Below, piece after piece: positions 61,020 through 64,000 of a DNA stretch of 64,000 nt. A program made the position numbers and the translations under genes. The notes beneath the pieces were generated by a model. It saw only the letters and a list, made by a program, of their open reading frames with translations, did no database searches and was not told the DNA's origin. How positions within the stretch are numbered: the stretch's first letter is position 1; each line of letters begins with the position of its first letter. Source of the stretch: Promethearchaeota archaeon (GTDB lineage: Archaea > Asgardarchaeota > Heimdallarchaeia > Hodarchaeales > Hodarchaeaceae); NCBI GenBank assembly GCA_048938105.1, contig JBHLMN010000009.1:96001-160000 (forward strand), written 5' to 3'.

Positions 61020-61490
61020 ATGAGTGGTATTTCTGGAGGTGTCTGGATTGATGCTGGATGTGGGAGAGGAACCTATTCTTTCCCATTGGCAATGTTAGCG
61101 TCTCAGGTCATTGCAATAGACAAAGATCCATATGATATTTCGTTCCTTAAGACTCACCTCCCTCAAAAATCCAAGATTACTGTTTTTAAAAAAGATTTCA
61201 CTAAAGACCACCTTTCTCATGATTTGGTAGATGGTGTATTATTTGGATTTTCACTACACTACAGTCCTAATCCTATAAAAGCGATAATAAATGCCTTCAA
61301 CCACTTAAAACCTAGTGGGAAAATTATAATTTTTGAATATACTCATGAAGTGCCTTTACCTTGGGTTCCTTTCCCCATTCCTAAAAGGGAATTAATTTCA
61401 TTATTAGAAAAAACTGGGTTCCAAGAAATAACTATAATTTTCAATAATACTCGGTTTTATATCGTCCGAGGCAAAAAAGTATCTCATTAA
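61020..61490 (+). CDS. Class I SAM-dependent methyltransferase
   Basis: IDAGCGRG, AID, SLHY, LKPSG. Confidence 0.85.
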   Translation: MSGISGGVWIDAGCGRGTYSFPLAMLASQVIAIDKDPYDISFLKTHLPQKSKITVFKKDFTKDHLSHDLVDGVLFGFSLHYSPNPIKAIINAFNHLKPSGKIIIFEYTHEVPLPWVPFPIPKRELISLLEKTGFQEITIIFNNTRFYIVRGKKVSH

Positions 61491-63808
61491 GAATTGCATT
61501 CTTTCTTATTTTCAATAATTGGTAAATCAATAATAAAAGTAGATCCATACCCTAATCCATCACTTTGGGCTACAATTTTACCTTTATGAGCTTCTAGGAT
61601 TTTTTTAGACAAATACAATCCAATTCCAGTCCCTTTTGTAGCATAATTAGTAGAAAAGCTGATAAATTGTTCAAAAATACTTTCAAGGCGCTCGTGAGGA
61701 ATTCCTGACCCATTATCTTTGATTAAAATACGTATTTTATCATTGAAAATTTCTGATGAGACGATAATCCTTCTTTTATCTTTTGGGGTTTGTTTAATAG
61801 CATTATTCATCACATTTACCAATACTTGTTGGAAACGATCGGGATCTATAAGACAAAATAAATGAGTATAATCAGAACATCCATTATAGGAGAATTGATC
61901 TCCTAATGTAATTTTGTACTGATCAAAATGAGATTGTAAAAACGAACAAATTTCGATTCTCTTCTTTTCTATCTCGAATCGCCCTTGTTCAATTCGAGCA
62001 ACTTGAGAAATATCTTCAGTTAAACGTTCAAGACGATTTACATTACTTCTCAAAGAATTATATATTTCAGCTCTACGCTCAAGATCAATGAATTTATCGT
62101 GTCTTTCTAAAAAATCACAATATGCAGAAATAACGGCCAATGGGTTTCGTAATTCATGTGATGTCATTTTAATGAAATTGATACGTTTTTCCTCTGCCTC
62201 CTTCAATATTGTAATGTCTGTGAATACAACTAATGTCCCCGAGAAGTATCCCCTTGAAGAAAAGATAGGAGATGCAGTGATTAGGACAGGAACTACATTT
62301 CTATTCTTAGATAATATTTGGATTTCATAAGTACTTCCAATTCCTTTTGGGCGCTTATCTGATTCATGGTTAACAATAGTAAAATACTCTGGTGTGACAA
62401 GATCTCTCCAAGTCTTACCAATGAGTTCATTTTCTGAATAACCAAGTAATTCTGCTCCTTTTGGATTTACAAATGTTATTATACTTTCTGTATCCTCTAG
62501 GATTACTCCCTCTTGGAGCTTCTCGATTAATAACTGGTATTTTTCTTTAGCTTCCTTTAATGCTAATTCCGCTCTCACACGACCTATAAACCTACCAAGT
62601 TCTCTAGCAATTGCATCAATCAAATTTCGTTCTTCTTTAAGAAAAGGCCCTTCATCTGAAACGAGTTTTTCCTTAAGATAACACACTCGTATAAAGCCAA
62701 CCTTTTTCTTGACTACAAATATATCAGCAGATTGGCACCAAGGAGAATTTTGGAAATTGGCTGATACATATTTCTTTCTTTCAAATTCGAGATGAACGCA
62801 TACTATATCAGGATATTGCCATGCTGATGGTATTAAATCAATAATCAAGTTGAATACTTCATCTATTTCAAGATTTGGATCAGAAAGTAATTTTGAGACC
62901 TGATGAAGACAGTTTAGTTCTTTGATTCGCATAATAAGCTCATGAGTTCGCTTTCGTAGAATTATTTCTGTTTCTTTTTGTCTGGTAATATCAGTAACAG
63001 TTCCTAAAATGCCTTTATCCCCCTCAAAGTCAATTAATTTGGTTGTAAGTAAAGTATTGAATCGTTTCCCATTTTTGGATATTATTTCATATTCTATTGG
63101 TCCAACTTCTTCTCCTTTCATATGTTTTTGAAAGTTTGATACAATCTTTTCTCGAAATTCAGGAGCAACCAGAGTTAGAAAATCAAAATCGCTAGATTTA
63201 AATTCTTCCTGTGTGTATCCTAATAGCTCTTCACATCTTTTGTTTGTGTAAACTATCTTTCCTTTCTGATTAATAAAAATCATATTGGGGGATTGTTCTG
63301 CAAGATTTCTGAACTTTTTTTCAGACTCTCGAATTCTATTTTGAGTTCTTTTGATTTCAGTAATATCTCGAACAATCCCTTGAGTACCAAGAATTTTGCC
63401 ATCTTTGACAATAGGTGCCCCATTGATTTCTACATGTTTAATTTCACCATTTTTATGACAAACTTGTCGTTCGACTAAGTTTACAACTTTTCCCGAAGTT
63501 GCTTGCTTAAACGCCCTTATTGACTGGTTAAGATGAGAAGGTAGAATATACTTCTTAAAGGGAGTGCCAATCACTTCAGAAGGAGAGTAACCCAAGATTT
63601 GCGAAATTGATGGGGAGCAAAAAGTGATAATACCTTCGAGGTTGTTTTGAAAGATTGCGTCAGTGCTAGTCTCTATTATTACTCGGAAATGTTCCTCCTT
63701 CTCTTTTAATTGAGTCTCAATATCTTTTATTCTTTTCATCTCACTCCTAATAATTTTTTTAGCATCTTTAGGAATGTCATCTCTGCCTAGAAGGCTTGAA
63801 AAAGTCAT
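61487..63808 (-). CDS. Multi-PAS sensor histidine kinase
   Basis: Three PAS/PAC repeats (RDIT/TDIT) plus a GAF-like segment, SHELRNPL, NNAIK, DNGSGI, GTGIGL. Confidence 0.93.
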   Translation of the reverse strand: MTFSSLLGRDDIPKDAKKIIRSEMKRIKDIETQLKEKEEHFRVIIETSTDAIFQNNLEGIITFCSPSISQILGYSPSEVIGTPFKKYILPSHLNQSIRAFKQATSGKVVNLVERQVCHKNGEIKHVEINGAPIVKDGKILGTQGIVRDITEIKRTQNRIRESEKKFRNLAEQSPNMIFINQKGKIVYTNKRCEELLGYTQEEFKSSDFDFLTLVAPEFREKIVSNFQKHMKGEEVGPIEYEIISKNGKRFNTLLTTKLIDFEGDKGILGTVTDITRQKETEIILRKRTHELIMRIKELNCLHQVSKLLSDPNLEIDEVFNLIIDLIPSAWQYPDIVCVHLEFERKKYVSANFQNSPWCQSADIFVVKKKVGFIRVCYLKEKLVSDEGPFLKEERNLIDAIARELGRFIGRVRAELALKEAKEKYQLLIEKLQEGVILEDTESIITFVNPKGAELLGYSENELIGKTWRDLVTPEYFTIVNHESDKRPKGIGSTYEIQILSKNRNVVPVLITASPIFSSRGYFSGTLVVFTDITILKEAEEKRINFIKMTSHELRNPLAVISAYCDFLERHDKFIDLERRAEIYNSLRSNVNRLERLTEDISQVARIEQGRFEIEKKRIEICSFLQSHFDQYKITLGDQFSYNGCSDYTHLFCLIDPDRFQQVLVNVMNNAIKQTPKDKRRIIVSSEIFNDKIRILIKDNGSGIPHERLESIFEQFISFSTNYATKGTGIGLYLSKKILEAHKGKIVAQSDGLGYGSTFIIDLPIIENKKECNS

Positions 63809-64000
63809 TTATTCTCACTAGTAAAATGAATAACCTCATAAGATTTAAAGATTGTTTTTTACATATAGAGAAAAGCTTGAATGAGAATTAAAATCCAGTT
63901 AAAATTATCAAAAGTATAAAAGGAATAATTATATTTCTGGAAATATTCGTGAAGATCTATAACCTTGATCTATATCATATTTTCAAAGAAATTCAAACCT

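Noticed and set aside
1-64000. CRISPR arrays, tRNA/rRNA, IS elements, integrases, selenocysteine TGA readthrough
   Set aside because: No regularly spaced repeats, cloverleaf or GC-rich structural RNA, transposase motifs or convincing in-frame TGA were found by eye; a covariance-model search was not possible.

Overview
AT-rich (roughly one-third GC by eye), gene-dense archaeal chromosomal segment with about 58 CDS. I found no rRNA, tRNA, CRISPR array or transposase. An Asgard (Heimdallarchaeia/Hodarchaeales-like) origin is inferred from gene content: AMP phosphorylase, archaeal toprim, a RuBisCO-like protein, a divergent small GTPase, a giant TPR solenoid, Lrp-like tandem wHTH and multiple ICMT paralogues. 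The first 40 kb is an accessory metabolic mosaic. It holds a feoAB iron-uptake operon with a perfect 16-bp palindromic operator, a GNAT + NSAR/OSBS pair, a deviant form IV RuBisCO-like protein lacking the Lys175/177 motif, an orphan internally duplicated DNA methyltransferase, an inverted pair of paralogous secreted metalloproteases around a regulator, and three unannotated broken genes. The most notable region is 41.2-52.0 kb. A HerA/FtsK-type ATPase with a coiled coil and about 16 Cys/His knuckles is divergent from a run of small GTPase, tandem wHTH, amidohydrolase, a 988-aa glutamate-cysteine-ligase-2 (carboxylate-amine ligase) fusion and a CDC48-N-domain/VWA fusion. This is a candidate undescribed ligase/hydrolase (writer/eraser) protein- or peptide-modification system. 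All calls come from motif recognition by eye; no database searches were run.
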